Below, one piece after another: positions 33,574 to 43,786 of a DNA stretch of 64,000 nt (its first letter is position 1; every line of letters begins with the position of its first letter). Origin of the DNA: Armatimonadota bacterium (GTDB lineage Bacteria; Sysuimicrobiota; Sysuimicrobiia; Sysuimicrobiales; Humicultoraceae); the NCBI GenBank assembly GCA_037443365.1, contig JBBIOM010000003.1:1-64000 (forward strand), written 5' to 3'. The notes beneath the pieces are model-generated. The model made no database searches. It was given only the letters and a program-made list of their open reading frames with translations, and was not told where the DNA came from. The translations under genes were made by a program, and so were the position numbers.

Positions 33574-34851
33574 ATGCGCTACACGGCGCTGGCAATCGCG
33601 ATTGTACTGTTCGGCCTATCAGGCTCCCCCGCGGCCGCCCAGGCACCCCAGGTCCGCCCGGCTTCCCTGGCCGAGTTGATCGCGGCGGCCGATCAGCGGA
33701 ACCCATCAATAGCCGCGGCGCGCCAGGCGGTCGCCGCAGCCGAGGCCAGGGTTGCGCTGGCGCGCTCAGGCCGGGGCCCGACCGTCACCGCATCGGGCAC
33801 CGCTGCGACCGCGGGCGGGGGAACCGCCACTACGACTCCTTCCTTCTCCAGCTCGACCGCGATCTCGGCCTCATACCTGCTATACGACAGCGGCCAGATC
33901 GGGCATGCCGTGCGGCAGGCCGAGGCCAGCCTCAAGGCCGCCCGGTTGGCGCTCGAGGCCATGCGCCAGGACGTGGCCAACGGCGTGGCCCAGGCCTACG
34001 TGAACGTGCTGCGCGCCGAGCGCACGCTGGCCCTGCGCGAGCAGGTGGTGGCGCAGAACCGCGAGTCGTTGCGCCTCGCCGAGGGGCAGTTCCGCGCCGG
34101 GGTAGTGCCCCGGTCGGACGTGGTGCGCGCGCAGGCCGGGCTGGCGGCTGCGGAAGGCGACCTGCTCGCGGCGCGCAACGCGTTTGATCAGACCGTGGCC
34201 GCGCTCAACGTCGCCACCGGTCAGGCGCCGTTCGCGCCGATGGCGGTTGCGCCTGCGCCGGCTGTCCCGCGCCTGACTGTCACCCCGGCGGGTCTGCCCG
34301 CGCTCGTGGAGGAGCGCCCAGAGGCGCGCCGTGTGCTGGCCGAGATCGAGGCCGCCGAGGCCGCCCTGGCCCTTGCCCAGGCCGGGGGCGGCCTGCGGAT
34401 GACCCTCGACGGGCGCGTGGCGCATGCCTTCGCGCCCACGACGCAGACGATCTACTCGCTGGGCACCACGATCAGCTTCCCGCTCTCGGATGCGGGGCGC
34501 GTGGCCGCCCAGGTCGCGGAGGCCACGGCCAATCTGGCGTCGGCGCGCGAGCGCATACAGTCCGTCCGGCTGGCGCTGCAACAGCAGGCCCTTGTCGCGT
34601 ACCTGGCGATACTCGACGCCCGGGCGCGCATCGCCAGCGCCCGTGCAGGACTCGAGTTCGCGCAGGAGTCGCTGCGCCTGGCGAAGGGGCGATACGCCGC
34701 CGGAGCCGGGCCCTTCCTCGAGGTCGTGGACGCGCAGACCGCGCTGGTGGCGGCCGAGGTGACGCTGGCCCGGGCCGAGTTCGACGAGCTGGCCGCGGTG
34801 CTGTCGCTGCGCTACGCGCTCGGTCGATCGGTGGCAGACGGAGCGATCTAG
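33574..34851 (+). CDS. tolC: TolC family outer-membrane efflux protein
   Basis: Signal peptide; two OEP repeats (AQAYVNVL..AEGQFRAG; AKGRYAAG..LEVVDAQ). Confidence 0.88.
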   Translation: MRYTALAIAIVLFGLSGSPAAAQAPQVRPASLAELIAAADQRNPSIAAARQAVAAAEARVALARSGRGPTVTASGTAATAGGGTATTTPSFSSSTAISASYLLYDSGQIGHAVRQAEASLKAARLALEAMRQDVANGVAQAYVNVLRAERTLALREQVVAQNRESLRLAEGQFRAGVVPRSDVVRAQAGLAAAEGDLLAARNAFDQTVAALNVATGQAPFAPMAVAPAPAVPRLTVTPAGLPALVEERPEARRVLAEIEAAEAALALAQAGGGLRMTLDGRVAHAFAPTTQTIYSLGTTISFPLSDAGRVAAQVAEATANLASARERIQSVRLALQQQALVAYLAILDARARIASARAGLEFAQESLRLAKGRYAAGAGPFLEVVDAQTALVAAEVTLARAEFDELAAVLSLRYALGRSVADGAI

Positions 34852-34854
34852 GAC

Positions 34855-36189
34855 ATGCGCCTGCGCGCCCGATTCCTGCCGCTTCTCCTGGCCCTGATCC
34901 TTGCGATCGGGGCACCGGCCTCTCCTGCTCTTGCGCAGCCCCCTGATGTGGGCGTTGCGCTGTTCCTCGAGGGCTACCGCACCATAAGGGACGAGAGCCT
35001 GTACGCGCCTTCCCCGCAGACCCTGCTGCTGGGCGCTGAGGCCGGCCTTCGCGGGCTCCTGCGGGGGGAAGGTCAGAACCCCGACGCGCTTCCTTCCCTG
35101 ATACTTGTCGGGGACGAGCGGAGCGATCTCGAACAGACGCTGCACCGCCTTGCGCAGGTTCAGATGCTCGCGCGCGCCCGGCCGATCGCCGTGGTCTACG
35201 CGGCGATCGCCGGGATGGTGGCCGCGCTGCGCGATCAGAACAGCGCCTTCTTCTCGCCGGACGCCCTGATTCAACTCAACAACCGGATCCGTGGGGACGA
35301 GTTCGTCGGCGTCGGCATCGTTATCGAGGACCGGGCCGGAGCGACGGTCATCACCGAGGTGCTGGAGGGATCGCCCGCTATCGAGGCCGGGCTTCGCGCC
35401 GGCGACGTCATCCTCGCCGTGGACGGCGCGCCCACCGGGGGGCTGTCGCTCGAGCGGGTCAGCCAGATGATCCGGGGAGCAGAGGGATCGGAAGTCGCCC
35501 TGACGATACAGCGCCCTGGGGTTCCGGCCCCGCTCCAGGTGACCATGGTGCGGCGGCGCATCGTGCAGCGCGTGGTCGCAACCCGCATGCTGGCCTCGGG
35601 GGTCGGGTACGTGCGGATCACGCAGTTCACCCAGGCGTCGCCCGAGATGTTCGCATCCGGGCTGCGCGACCTCCTGGATCAGGGGGCAAAGGGCCTGGTG
35701 CTCGATCTGCGCGGCAATCCAGGCGGCTTGCTGGACGCGTCGGTCAGCATCGCCAGCCACTTCCTGGAGCGCGGCGTCGTGGTGACACTGGAATCTGGCC
35801 AAGGCGGAGTGACATCCTATCTGGTGCGCCCGCGCGCCCCGCGATACACCGGACCGCTCGTGGTGCTGATAGACGGCGGGAGCGCCAGCGCCTCGGAGGT
35901 CGTGGCCGGGGCGCTGCAGGACGCCGGAGTGAAGCTCGTGGGTGCCCGTACGTACGGCAAGGCCACGGTGCAGGCGGTCTTCCGACTGCGTGACGGCAGC
36001 GGGCTTCGGCTCACCGTCTCGAGGTATCTCACGCCGCTCGGGCGCGACATCGAGGGTCGAGGACTCGCGCCGGACGTGGAGGTCGCCACCGTGGGATCTT
36101 TGATCGGGAGCCCGAACGACGCGGCGTTGAACCGCGCCGTGGCGATGCTCCAGCAGTCGGCGGCGCGGGTAGGCGTCGCGTCGCACTAG
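34855..36189 (+). CDS. ctpA: S41 carboxyl-terminal processing protease with PDZ domain
   Basis: GVGI PDZ loop, LDLRGNPGGLL, SASASE, TYGKATVQ. Confidence 0.9.
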   Translation: MRLRARFLPLLLALILAIGAPASPALAQPPDVGVALFLEGYRTIRDESLYAPSPQTLLLGAEAGLRGLLRGEGQNPDALPSLILVGDERSDLEQTLHRLAQVQMLARARPIAVVYAAIAGMVAALRDQNSAFFSPDALIQLNNRIRGDEFVGVGIVIEDRAGATVITEVLEGSPAIEAGLRAGDVILAVDGAPTGGLSLERVSQMIRGAEGSEVALTIQRPGVPAPLQVTMVRRRIVQRVVATRMLASGVGYVRITQFTQASPEMFASGLRDLLDQGAKGLVLDLRGNPGGLLDASVSIASHFLERGVVVTLESGQGGVTSYLVRPRAPRYTGPLVVLIDGGSASASEVVAGALQDAGVKLVGARTYGKATVQAVFRLRDGSGLRLTVSRYLTPLGRDIEGRGLAPDVEVATVGSLIGSPNDAALNRAVAMLQQSAARVGVASH

Positions 36190-36221
36190 GCCTGATTCCC
36201 CCAAGTTCCGCAGGAGGCACC

Positions 36222-37994
36222 ATGGCGGTCCACGGCGAGATACACCGCAGCACGTACTTCGATTCCGTCGCCCTGATGCTGGCGCAGCGCGAGGCGCGCG
36301 ATCTGCCCGGAGTGGAGGAAGTGGGCGTCGTCATGGCGACGGACGCCAACAAGGAGATCCTGCGCGCCGGGGGTCTTGAGTTCCCGGCCCTGGCCGGGGC
36401 GCGCCCGGACGACCTCGTGGTTGTCGCCCGGGCTGCTTCCGAGGCCGAGGCGCGGGCGGCCGTCGCCTTTGCCATCCGGGCGCTCACCAGCCGCCGCGCG
36501 CAGGGGGTGGGAGACGCCTACCGCCCCAAGTCGGTCGCCTCGGCCTCGCGCCTTGCTCCCGAGGCCACGATCGCCTTGATATCGGTTCCGGGGCGGTTCG
36601 CACACTCGGTGGCGCGCGAGGCGCTCGATGCCGGATTGCACGTCCTGCTCTTCTCGGACAACGTGCCCATCGAGCACGAGATAGCCCTGAAGGCGCGCGC
36701 TCGTGAGCGCGGGCTGCTCGTGATGGGTCCGGACTGCGGCACCGCGATGATTGGGGGCGGGGCGCTCGGCTTTGCCAACCGCGTGCGCGCGGGGCGCATC
36801 GGCCTGGTCGGCGCGGCCGGCACCGGGCTGCAGGAGGTCGCCTCTCTGATCCACGGGTTTGGTGGCGGGATCACGCACGCGATCGGCACCGGCGGGCGCG
36901 ATCTCGCCTCGGCCGTCGGCGGCGTGACGATGCTGGCCGGCCTGCGGGCGCTGGCCCTCGATCCCGCGACCGAGGTGATCGTCCTGGTGAGCAAGCCGCC
37001 CGCGCCGGAGGTCGCCGGCAAGATCCTGGCCGCGGCCGCTGCGTGCGGCAAGCCGGTGGTTGCCTCTTTCGTCGGTGCTGTGGTGCAGCCAGCAGGGCGG
37101 GTCTGCGGCGCCTCGACCCTCGAGGAGGCTGCGCGCCTCGCGGTGCAGCAGGCCTACGGCGCCGGGGCCGCGCCGCCGCCCATGCCGCACCTGCCGGGGC
37201 AGGAGGTGGAGCGGCTCGCCGCGGGGCAGAGGTACGTGCGCGGTCTTTACAGCGGCGGCACGCTCTGCTATGAGGCGCTGGTGCTGCTGCGGGAGAGCCT
37301 GGGCCCGGTCTACTCCAACTCGCCGGTGGATCCCTCCCTGGCGCTCGAGCCGGTGACGCGCAGCCGCGAGCACTCCGTCATTGACATGGGCGGGGACGAG
37401 TTCACGCAGGGCCGTCTCCACCCGATGCTCGACCCCACCCTGCGTCTTGCGCGCCTGCGGCAGGAGGCCGCCGACCCGCAGGTCGCGGTCATACTGCTGG
37501 ACGTGGTGCTGGGCTACGCTGCCCACCCTGACCCCGCCGGAGCGCTCGCGCCCGTGATAAGGGAGGTCCGCGCGCGTGCATCGAGTGAGGGACGGCACCT
37601 CATCGTCGCAGGATCGGTCTGCGGCACGGATGAAGACCCTCAGGACGCGCCCGCGCAGCGCGCGGCGCTGGTCGAGGCGGGGATGCTGGTGGCAGAGAGC
37701 AACGCCCGCGCGGTTCACCTCGCGCGTATGGCTGTCGGGCGACAGCGGTCAAGCGAGCCCTCTTCTGCTTCTACGAGTGATGTCGTCGCCGCTGCAGCGG
37801 CGACGACGGCGTGGCCCGACGTGGGTCCGATCACCGCGATGCTCAAGGCGCGTCCCTCGGTCATCAACGTCGGGCTCGAGTTGTTCGCCGAGAGCCTGCG
37901 GGCGCAGGGGGTGCCGGTTGTATCCGTGGACTGGCAGCCGCCGGCCGGAGGAAAGCGGCACCTGCTGGACCTGCTGGACAAACTGGAGGGGTAG
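36222..37994 (+). CDS. fdrA: FdrA (AllF-like; oxamate transcarbamylase subunit family)
   Basis: YFDSVALM, ISVPG, FSDNV, VMGPDCGT, GTGGRDL, GLYSGGTLC, HPMLD and the C-terminal INVGL..VDWQPPAGG tail. Confidence 0.9.
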   Translation: MAVHGEIHRSTYFDSVALMLAQREARDLPGVEEVGVVMATDANKEILRAGGLEFPALAGARPDDLVVVARAASEAEARAAVAFAIRALTSRRAQGVGDAYRPKSVASASRLAPEATIALISVPGRFAHSVAREALDAGLHVLLFSDNVPIEHEIALKARARERGLLVMGPDCGTAMIGGGALGFANRVRAGRIGLVGAAGTGLQEVASLIHGFGGGITHAIGTGGRDLASAVGGVTMLAGLRALALDPATEVIVLVSKPPAPEVAGKILAAAAACGKPVVASFVGAVVQPAGRVCGASTLEEAARLAVQQAYGAGAAPPPMPHLPGQEVERLAAGQRYVRGLYSGGTLCYEALVLLRESLGPVYSNSPVDPSLALEPVTRSREHSVIDMGGDEFTQGRLHPMLDPTLRLARLRQEAADPQVAVILLDVVLGYAAHPDPAGALAPVIREVRARASSEGRHLIVAGSVCGTDEDPQDAPAQRAALVEAGMLVAESNARAVHLARMAVGRQRSSEPSSASTSDVVAAAAATTAWPDVGPITAMLKARPSVINVGLELFAESLRAQGVPVVSVDWQPPAGGKRHLLDLLDKLEG

Positions 37995-37998
37995 CATA

Positions 37999-39237
37999 GT
38001 GGACATCAACGCCGCGAATCAGGAAGCCCTGGGACGCGTCCTCGCTGCGCAGCCGGTCCTGGCGGGGGTCGGGCGCGCGCTCGATCTCATCCCCGGCATG
38101 ACCCCGGATCTCATCCTGCACGCGGGTCCGCCCATCTCCTGGGAGCGCATGTCCGGCCCGCTGCGCGGCGCCGTGATAGGCGGGCTCATCTTCGAGGGAC
38201 GGGCGCGCACCGAGGACGAGGCGGTTGCGCTTGCTGCGTCGGGAGGGGTGCGCTTCGAGCCGTGCCATCACCACGCCGCCGTGGGGCCCATGGCCGGCGT
38301 GACCACCGCCTCCATGCGGGTCTACATCATCGAGAACCGCGCGGCGGGCAACCGGGCCTTCTCCAACTTCAACGAGGGATACGGCAAGGTGCTGCGCTAC
38401 GGCGCATTCAGCGAGGACGTCCTGGCGCGGTTGCGGTGGGTAAACGAGGTCCTGGCGCCGTCCGTCGGCGATGCCCTCGAGCGCGCGGGCGGCCTCGACA
38501 TGAAGGCGCTGATCGCGCAGCAACTGACAATGGGCGATGAGGGCCACAACCGCAATCGGGCGGGATCGGCCATGTTTGGCCGCCTGCTCGCCCCGCACCT
38601 CGCACGGGGCGGCCTCCCGGCGGAGGTGCTCGAGCAGGTGCTGCGCTACTTCGCCGACAACGACCTGGCGGTGCTCAACCCGGTGATGGCCGCGTGCAAG
38701 GCCACGATGGACGCCGCGTGCGGGATCGCCGGCAGCACGGTCGTCACCTGCATGGCGCGCAACGGCACCGACTTCGGGATCCGGGTCTCGGGCCTGGGCG
38801 ACCGATGGTTCGTCGCCCCGGCCGCGGTCCCGGTGGGGCTCTACTTCCCCGGGTTTGCGGCCCACGACGCCAACCCCGACATAGGCGACTCGACGATCAC
38901 CGAGACCGCGGGCATCGGTGCATTCGCCATGGCCGCGGCCCCTGCCATCGTGAAGTTCGTGGGCGGCACGCCGGCCGAGGCCACGGCCGCGACGCTGGAG
39001 ATGTACGAGATCACCGTCGGCGAGAACCCGGCCTTCGGGCTGCCGCCGCTGGACTTCCGTGGGACCCCGACCGGGGTAGACATCCGCAAGGTCGTGCGCA
39101 CCGGCATCACCCCGCGCATCAACACCGGCATAGCGCACAGGATGCCGGGCGTCGGCCAGGTGGGCGCCGGGCTCGTGCGCCCGCCCATGGCGTGCTTCGA
39201 ACAGGCCCTGGAGGCAATGGCTGAACTGGCGACCTAA
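37999..39237 (+). CDS. ylbE: DUF1116 protein (YlbE/AllG-like)
   Basis: LHAGPP, PCHHHAAVGPMAG, MGDEGHNRN, ARNG, DIGDSTITET, INTGIAH; GTG start at 37999. Confidence 0.9.
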   Translation: MDINAANQEALGRVLAAQPVLAGVGRALDLIPGMTPDLILHAGPPISWERMSGPLRGAVIGGLIFEGRARTEDEAVALAASGGVRFEPCHHHAAVGPMAGVTTASMRVYIIENRAAGNRAFSNFNEGYGKVLRYGAFSEDVLARLRWVNEVLAPSVGDALERAGGLDMKALIAQQLTMGDEGHNRNRAGSAMFGRLLAPHLARGGLPAEVLEQVLRYFADNDLAVLNPVMAACKATMDAACGIAGSTVVTCMARNGTDFGIRVSGLGDRWFVAPAAVPVGLYFPGFAAHDANPDIGDSTITETAGIGAFAMAAAPAIVKFVGGTPAEATAATLEMYEITVGENPAFGLPPLDFRGTPTGVDIRKVVRTGITPRINTGIAHRMPGVGQVGAGLVRPPMACFEQALEAMAELAT

Positions 39238-39280
39238 AAGAGGGCTTCCAAGGCGGACATCTCAAGGAGGTGTGCCTGGA

Positions 39281-39739
39281 ATGAGGGTGGAGGCAAGGCT
39301 CGCCGAGATGGGACTCGAGCTTCCCAGCGCGCCCAAGCCTGTTGCGAACTACGTCCGCACGGTGCGTGCCGGGAACCTGCTGTTCGTGTCGGGGCACGGC
39401 CCGTACCGCGACGGGAAACTGCAGTTCCTCGGCAAGGTCGGCGTGGACCTGACCGTGGAAGAGGGCTACCAGGCCGCCCGGCTGGTGGCGCTCAACTGCC
39501 TGGCCTCCGTGAAGGAGGCACTGGGCGACCTCGACCGCGTCAAGCGCGTGGTGAAGCTGCTGGGCATGGTCAACTGCCCGCCCGAGTTCGGGGGGCAACC
39601 CGAGGTGATCAACGGCGCCTCGGACCTGCTGGTGGAGCTCTACGGCGACGCCGGGCGCCACGCCCGGTCGGCGGTTGGGATGAGCGCGCTCCCGCGGGGC
39701 ATCGCGGTGGAGATCGAGATGGTCTTGGAAGTCGAGTAG
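39281..39739 (+). CDS. RidA/YjgF family protein
   Basis: PVANYV, FVSGH, GRHARSAVG, VEIE. Confidence 0.9.
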   Translation: MRVEARLAEMGLELPSAPKPVANYVRTVRAGNLLFVSGHGPYRDGKLQFLGKVGVDLTVEEGYQAARLVALNCLASVKEALGDLDRVKRVVKLLGMVNCPPEFGGQPEVINGASDLLVELYGDAGRHARSAVGMSALPRGIAVEIEMVLEVE

Positions 39740-39808
39740 GTCCTGGCCTCCCCGCCGCCGAAGAACCCCACGACGGAGCACGCTCGAACACCAGACGGAG
39801 GTGGACGG

Positions 39809-40639
39809 ATGAAGCCGTTTGACCTGTCAAGGGCACGGGTTCTGGATCTCTCGCAGAACTTCAGCGTGGACTCGCCGCCATTCGCCTACTACGAGGGGCC
39901 CACGATCAAGTGGGTGAAGAAGATGGCCTTCGAGGGCGTGAACGCGCAGCACATCAGCAGCACCAACCACATCGCCACCCACCTCGACGCGCCGCTGCAC
40001 TTCAACGATCCCGGGCCCGACGTGGCAGGGATCCCGATCGGCGACCTCGTCGGCCCGGCGTGCATCGTGGACCTGCAGCAGTTCGGGATCGGCGACTACG
40101 ATATCTACGGACCGCGGCACTTCGAGGAGTGGGAGAAGAAGCACAAGACGAAGATCGAGCGCGGCGACATCCTGGTGATTCACACGGGCTATCACGCCTA
40201 CTACAACGAGGACTGGTCGGAGAACACGAGGAAGCAGCATCCCGACGCCCGGCCCGACCTTCCCAGGGCGTTCCTGCGCCATCCCGGCCCGCAGGCCGAG
40301 TTCTGCGACTGGGTGCTCGACCGCGGCATCCGGTGGATGGCGGTTGACGCCATCTCGACTGACCACCCCTTCAACACCAAGGTGCGCGACGCCCGCCGCG
40401 ACCTGATTCCCGAGGTGGAGGCCAAGATCGGCATGACCATGGACCAGGCGTTTCCCTGGCCGAAGGACTACCAGGCCACGCACACCCGGCTCTTCCCCAA
40501 GGGCGTGTTCCACATCGAGAACGTGGGCGGGGACGTTGACCTGGTCCTGAACAAGCGCGTGTGGATAGGCTGCTTCCCGTTCCGGTTCAAGGGCGGCGAG
40601 GCGGCGTTCTGCCGGTTCGTGGCGTTCGTGGAGGCATGA
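39809..40639 (+). CDS. Cyclase family metal-dependent hydrolase (kynurenine formamidase/isatin hydrolase-like)
   Basis: HIATHLDAPLH, VDAISTD, H..LF, IEN. Confidence 0.88.
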   Translation: MKPFDLSRARVLDLSQNFSVDSPPFAYYEGPTIKWVKKMAFEGVNAQHISSTNHIATHLDAPLHFNDPGPDVAGIPIGDLVGPACIVDLQQFGIGDYDIYGPRHFEEWEKKHKTKIERGDILVIHTGYHAYYNEDWSENTRKQHPDARPDLPRAFLRHPGPQAEFCDWVLDRGIRWMAVDAISTDHPFNTKVRDARRDLIPEVEAKIGMTMDQAFPWPKDYQATHTRLFPKGVFHIENVGGDVDLVLNKRVWIGCFPFRFKGGEAAFCRFVAFVEA

Positions 40640-41844
40640 CGGCCGAACCGGGAGGCGCGGTGGCGCCTCTCGACGGTCTCCTCGTACTAGACCTGACCCG
40701 GGCCCTCGCGGGCCCGTACTGCACCCTCATGCTGGCGGACATGGGGGCCCGGGTCATCAAGGTCGAGACCCCCGACGGCGGAGATGACACGCGCGGCTGG
40801 GGGCCGCCGTTCATCCAGGGCGAGAGCACATACTTCCTGTGCATCAACCGCAACAAGGAGAGCCTGACCCTCAACCTCAAGCACCCCGACGCGCAGCGGG
40901 CTCTCTGGAGGCTCATCGAGCGCGCCGACGTGCTGGTTGAGAACTTCCGGCCGGGCGTGATGGAACGCCTCGGCTTCGGCTACGATGCTGTGCACGAGGC
41001 CAACCCCCGCCTTATCTACGCGTCGGTCTCCGGGTTCGGGCAGGACGGCCCGTACCGCGAGCGCGTGGCCTACGATCTGATCCTGCAGGGCATGGGCGGG
41101 TTGATGGGGACGACCGGCGAGGAGGGCGGCCCGCCCGTCAAGATTGGGGTGGCGGTCACCGACATCGCGGCCGGCATGTTCGCGGCGTACGGCGTTGTCG
41201 TGGCGCTGCAGGCGCGGGCCCGCACCGGCGTGGGGCAGCTGGTGGACGCCTCGATGCTCGACAGCCAGGTCGCCTGGATGACCTATCAGGCCGGCGCGTA
41301 CTTCGCGACAGGGGAGAACCCGAAGCGGCTGGGCACCGCGCATCCCTCGCTGGTGCCTTATCAATCGTTCGCGACAAGCGACGGATACGTGAACCTGGCG
41401 GTGGGCAGCGAGGCCATCTGGGGGCGGTTCGTCGTGGCCGTGGACGCGCCGCACCTGGCCGACGACCCCCGGTTTCGCACCAACGCCGACCGAGTCCGCC
41501 ATCGCGATGAGCTCATCGCCTTGCTGGAGCCGGTCCTTGCGCAAAGGACGATGGCCGAATGGTCGGCCGTCTTCGAATCGGCCGGCGTGCCGGCGGGCCC
41601 GATCTACCAGATGTCCGACCTGTTCGGCGACCCCCAGGTGCGCCACCGACGGCTGGTTGTTGAGATGGAGCATCCCAAGGCCGGCCTGATCAGGCAGACC
41701 GGTGTTCCCGTCAAGCTCTCGGCGACCCCGGGGCGCGTTGCCTCGCCGCCGCCGCTGCTGGGGCAGCACACGGATGCGATTCTGCAGGAGCTCGGCTACG
41801 ACGCCGATGCGATTGGAGGCATGCGCCGCGCTGGCGCGATCTGA
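40636..41844 (+). CDS. Class III CoA-transferase (CaiB/BaiF)
   Basis: DLTRALAGP, NRNKES, ENFRPG, SGFGQDGP, catalytic TD, PPLLGQHT. Confidence 0.92.
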   Translation: MTAEPGGAVAPLDGLLVLDLTRALAGPYCTLMLADMGARVIKVETPDGGDDTRGWGPPFIQGESTYFLCINRNKESLTLNLKHPDAQRALWRLIERADVLVENFRPGVMERLGFGYDAVHEANPRLIYASVSGFGQDGPYRERVAYDLILQGMGGLMGTTGEEGGPPVKIGVAVTDIAAGMFAAYGVVVALQARARTGVGQLVDASMLDSQVAWMTYQAGAYFATGENPKRLGTAHPSLVPYQSFATSDGYVNLAVGSEAIWGRFVVAVDAPHLADDPRFRTNADRVRHRDELIALLEPVLAQRTMAEWSAVFESAGVPAGPIYQMSDLFGDPQVRHRRLVVEMEHPKAGLIRQTGVPVKLSATPGRVASPPPLLGQHTDAILQELGYDADAIGGMRRAGAI

Positions 41845-41868
41845 GACCCGGAGTCGGGAGGCACTGCC

Positions 41869-43629
41869 ATGCCTGAAGCCGAACGCTGCCCGGAGTGCCA
41901 GACCCAGACCCCGCGCGGCACACTGCGGGCCGGACTCTGGATCTGCCCTTCGTGCGGGTGGCATCTTTCCATGCCGGCCCGCGACCGCATCGAATCCCTG
42001 GCCGATCCGCGGACATTCAGGGAGCTCGCCCGGGGCCTGGTGTCGGTGGACCCGCTCAAGTTCACGGACCAGCACGCCTACCGGGCGCGGCTGCTCGACG
42101 CGCGCAGGCAGACCGGGCTGCGCGAGGCCGTGGTGACGGGCACCGCCCGGATAGACGGGCTGCCGGTGGTCCTCGCCGTGTTCGACTTCGCGTTTCTCGG
42201 CGGGACCATGGGCTCGGCGGTGGGCGAGAAGATCGCCGACGCGTTCGAGGTCGCCACGCGGCGCAGGTGGCCGGTTGTCACGGTCACCTCCAGCGGCGGC
42301 GCCCGGATGCAGGAAGGGATGCTCTCGCTGATGCAGATGGCCAAGACCGCGGCGGCGCGAGGGCGCCATCACGCCGCGGGATTGGCGCACATCTCGGTGC
42401 TCGCCCACCCGACCTTCGGGGGCGTGGCCGCGAGCTTCGCCTCCCTGGGCGACGTGCTGGTCGCCGAGCCAGGGGCGCACATCGGGTTCATCGGGCCGCG
42501 CGTCATCGAGGCGACCATCGGCGAGACCCTGCCGCCGGGTTCGCACCGCGCCGAGCGGCTCTTCGCCGGCGGCATGGTGGACATGCTGGTCAGCCGGCGC
42601 GCATTGCGCGAGGCGGTATCGGGCCTTGTGCGCCACCTGAGGCGCCCCGCGCGGGCGCGCAGGGCCGCCAATGCGCCGCCTGCCCGCGCGGCCTCAATCG
42701 CGCCGGAGCGTTCGGCATGGGAGATCGTGCAGATCGCGCGGCGGCCCGACCGGCCGACCGCGCTCCTCTACATCCAGAAGCTGATCTCGCGGTTCGTAGA
42801 GCTGCACGGCGATCGCCAGTTCGGCGACGACCCGGCCACCGTTGGCGGGATCGGCGAGTTCGACGGCCAGACCGTGGTCGTGGTCGGTCAGGAGCGCGGC
42901 GCCACGCAGGAGGAGGCAGGCGCGCGCCACCGGGGCATGGCCCGCCCTGAGGGGTACCGCGAGGCGCTACGCCTGATGAACCTGGCCGCCAAGTTCCGCC
43001 TGCCGCTCGTGACCCTCATTGACACCCCGGGCGCCTACCCGGGATACGAATCCGAGCAGAGGGGGATCGCGCAGGCGCTGGCGCACGACCTGCAGGCGAT
43101 GGCGCTCCTGCCCACACCGGTCGTGGCGGTGGTCATCGGTGAGGGCGGGAGCGGAGGCGCCCTGGCCCTGGCCGTGGGCGATCGCGTGATGATGCTGGAG
43201 AACGCGTACTTCTCGGTCATCTCGCCCGAGGGTGCCGCGGCCATCCTCTACCGTGACGTCGCGCGCGCCGAGGATCTCGCGGCCGCGCTCAAGATGACCG
43301 CATCCGACCTGCTGAGGCTGGGCGTCATTGACGAGATCGTGCCCGAGCCGGCGGGCGGCGCACACGTGGATCCGGATGCCGCGGCCGAGTCGGTGCGCCG
43401 CCACCTGCGCGCGGCGCTGGGGTCGCTCTGTCCTCAATCCCCGGAGAAGCTGCTGCACCGGCGTTACCGCAAGTACCGGCAGATCGGGCGCGTGGGCGCC
43501 TACTGGCGAGAGGTGGTGCTTGGGGAGGTAGCGGACGCGCTGGAGACGCTCGAGCGCCGGATGCCGCGCCGCAGGAGCGCCGCGCGGCCGGACCAGGCGT
43601 CCGCGGAGGCCGGGCGACGGCCCGGCTGA
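41869..43629 (+). CDS. accD/accA: Fused AccD-AccA carboxyltransferase (beta+alpha)
   Basis: CPEC..CPSC zinc finger, GGTMG, SGGARMQEG; then ELHGDR, IDTPGAYPG, GEGGSGGALA. Confidence 0.9.
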   Translation: MPEAERCPECQTQTPRGTLRAGLWICPSCGWHLSMPARDRIESLADPRTFRELARGLVSVDPLKFTDQHAYRARLLDARRQTGLREAVVTGTARIDGLPVVLAVFDFAFLGGTMGSAVGEKIADAFEVATRRRWPVVTVTSSGGARMQEGMLSLMQMAKTAAARGRHHAAGLAHISVLAHPTFGGVAASFASLGDVLVAEPGAHIGFIGPRVIEATIGETLPPGSHRAERLFAGGMVDMLVSRRALREAVSGLVRHLRRPARARRAANAPPARAASIAPERSAWEIVQIARRPDRPTALLYIQKLISRFVELHGDRQFGDDPATVGGIGEFDGQTVVVVGQERGATQEEAGARHRGMARPEGYREALRLMNLAAKFRLPLVTLIDTPGAYPGYESEQRGIAQALAHDLQAMALLPTPVVAVVIGEGGSGGALALAVGDRVMMLENAYFSVISPEGAAAILYRDVARAEDLAAALKMTASDLLRLGVIDEIVPEPAGGAHVDPDAAAESVRRHLRAALGSLCPQSPEKLLHRRYRKYRQIGRVGAYWREVVLGEVADALETLERRMPRRRSAARPDQASAEAGRRPG

Positions 43630-43786
43630 GGACCCGGCAGGGAACTAGCAGACAGCGTCGAACGGTTCGGCGATCCCGGAAGGCGGCAGATAGGCACAAG
43701 CACGCGACCGGGGCGTCACTTGGTGGAGAGGGGGTGGAAGCGAAAGTCAGGATGGGCGGATTCTGACCACGAAGGGAGGCGGATGA

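Noticed and set aside
42640..42700. Inverted repeat in the AccD-AccA linker
   Set aside because: The arms are almost pure G/C (CCGCGCGGGC/GCCCGCGCGG) and plausible by chance at this GC content.
43630..43786. Purine or xanthine riboswitch upstream of the NCS2 permease
   Set aside because: No recognisable conserved aptamer nucleotides; only a small hairpin.
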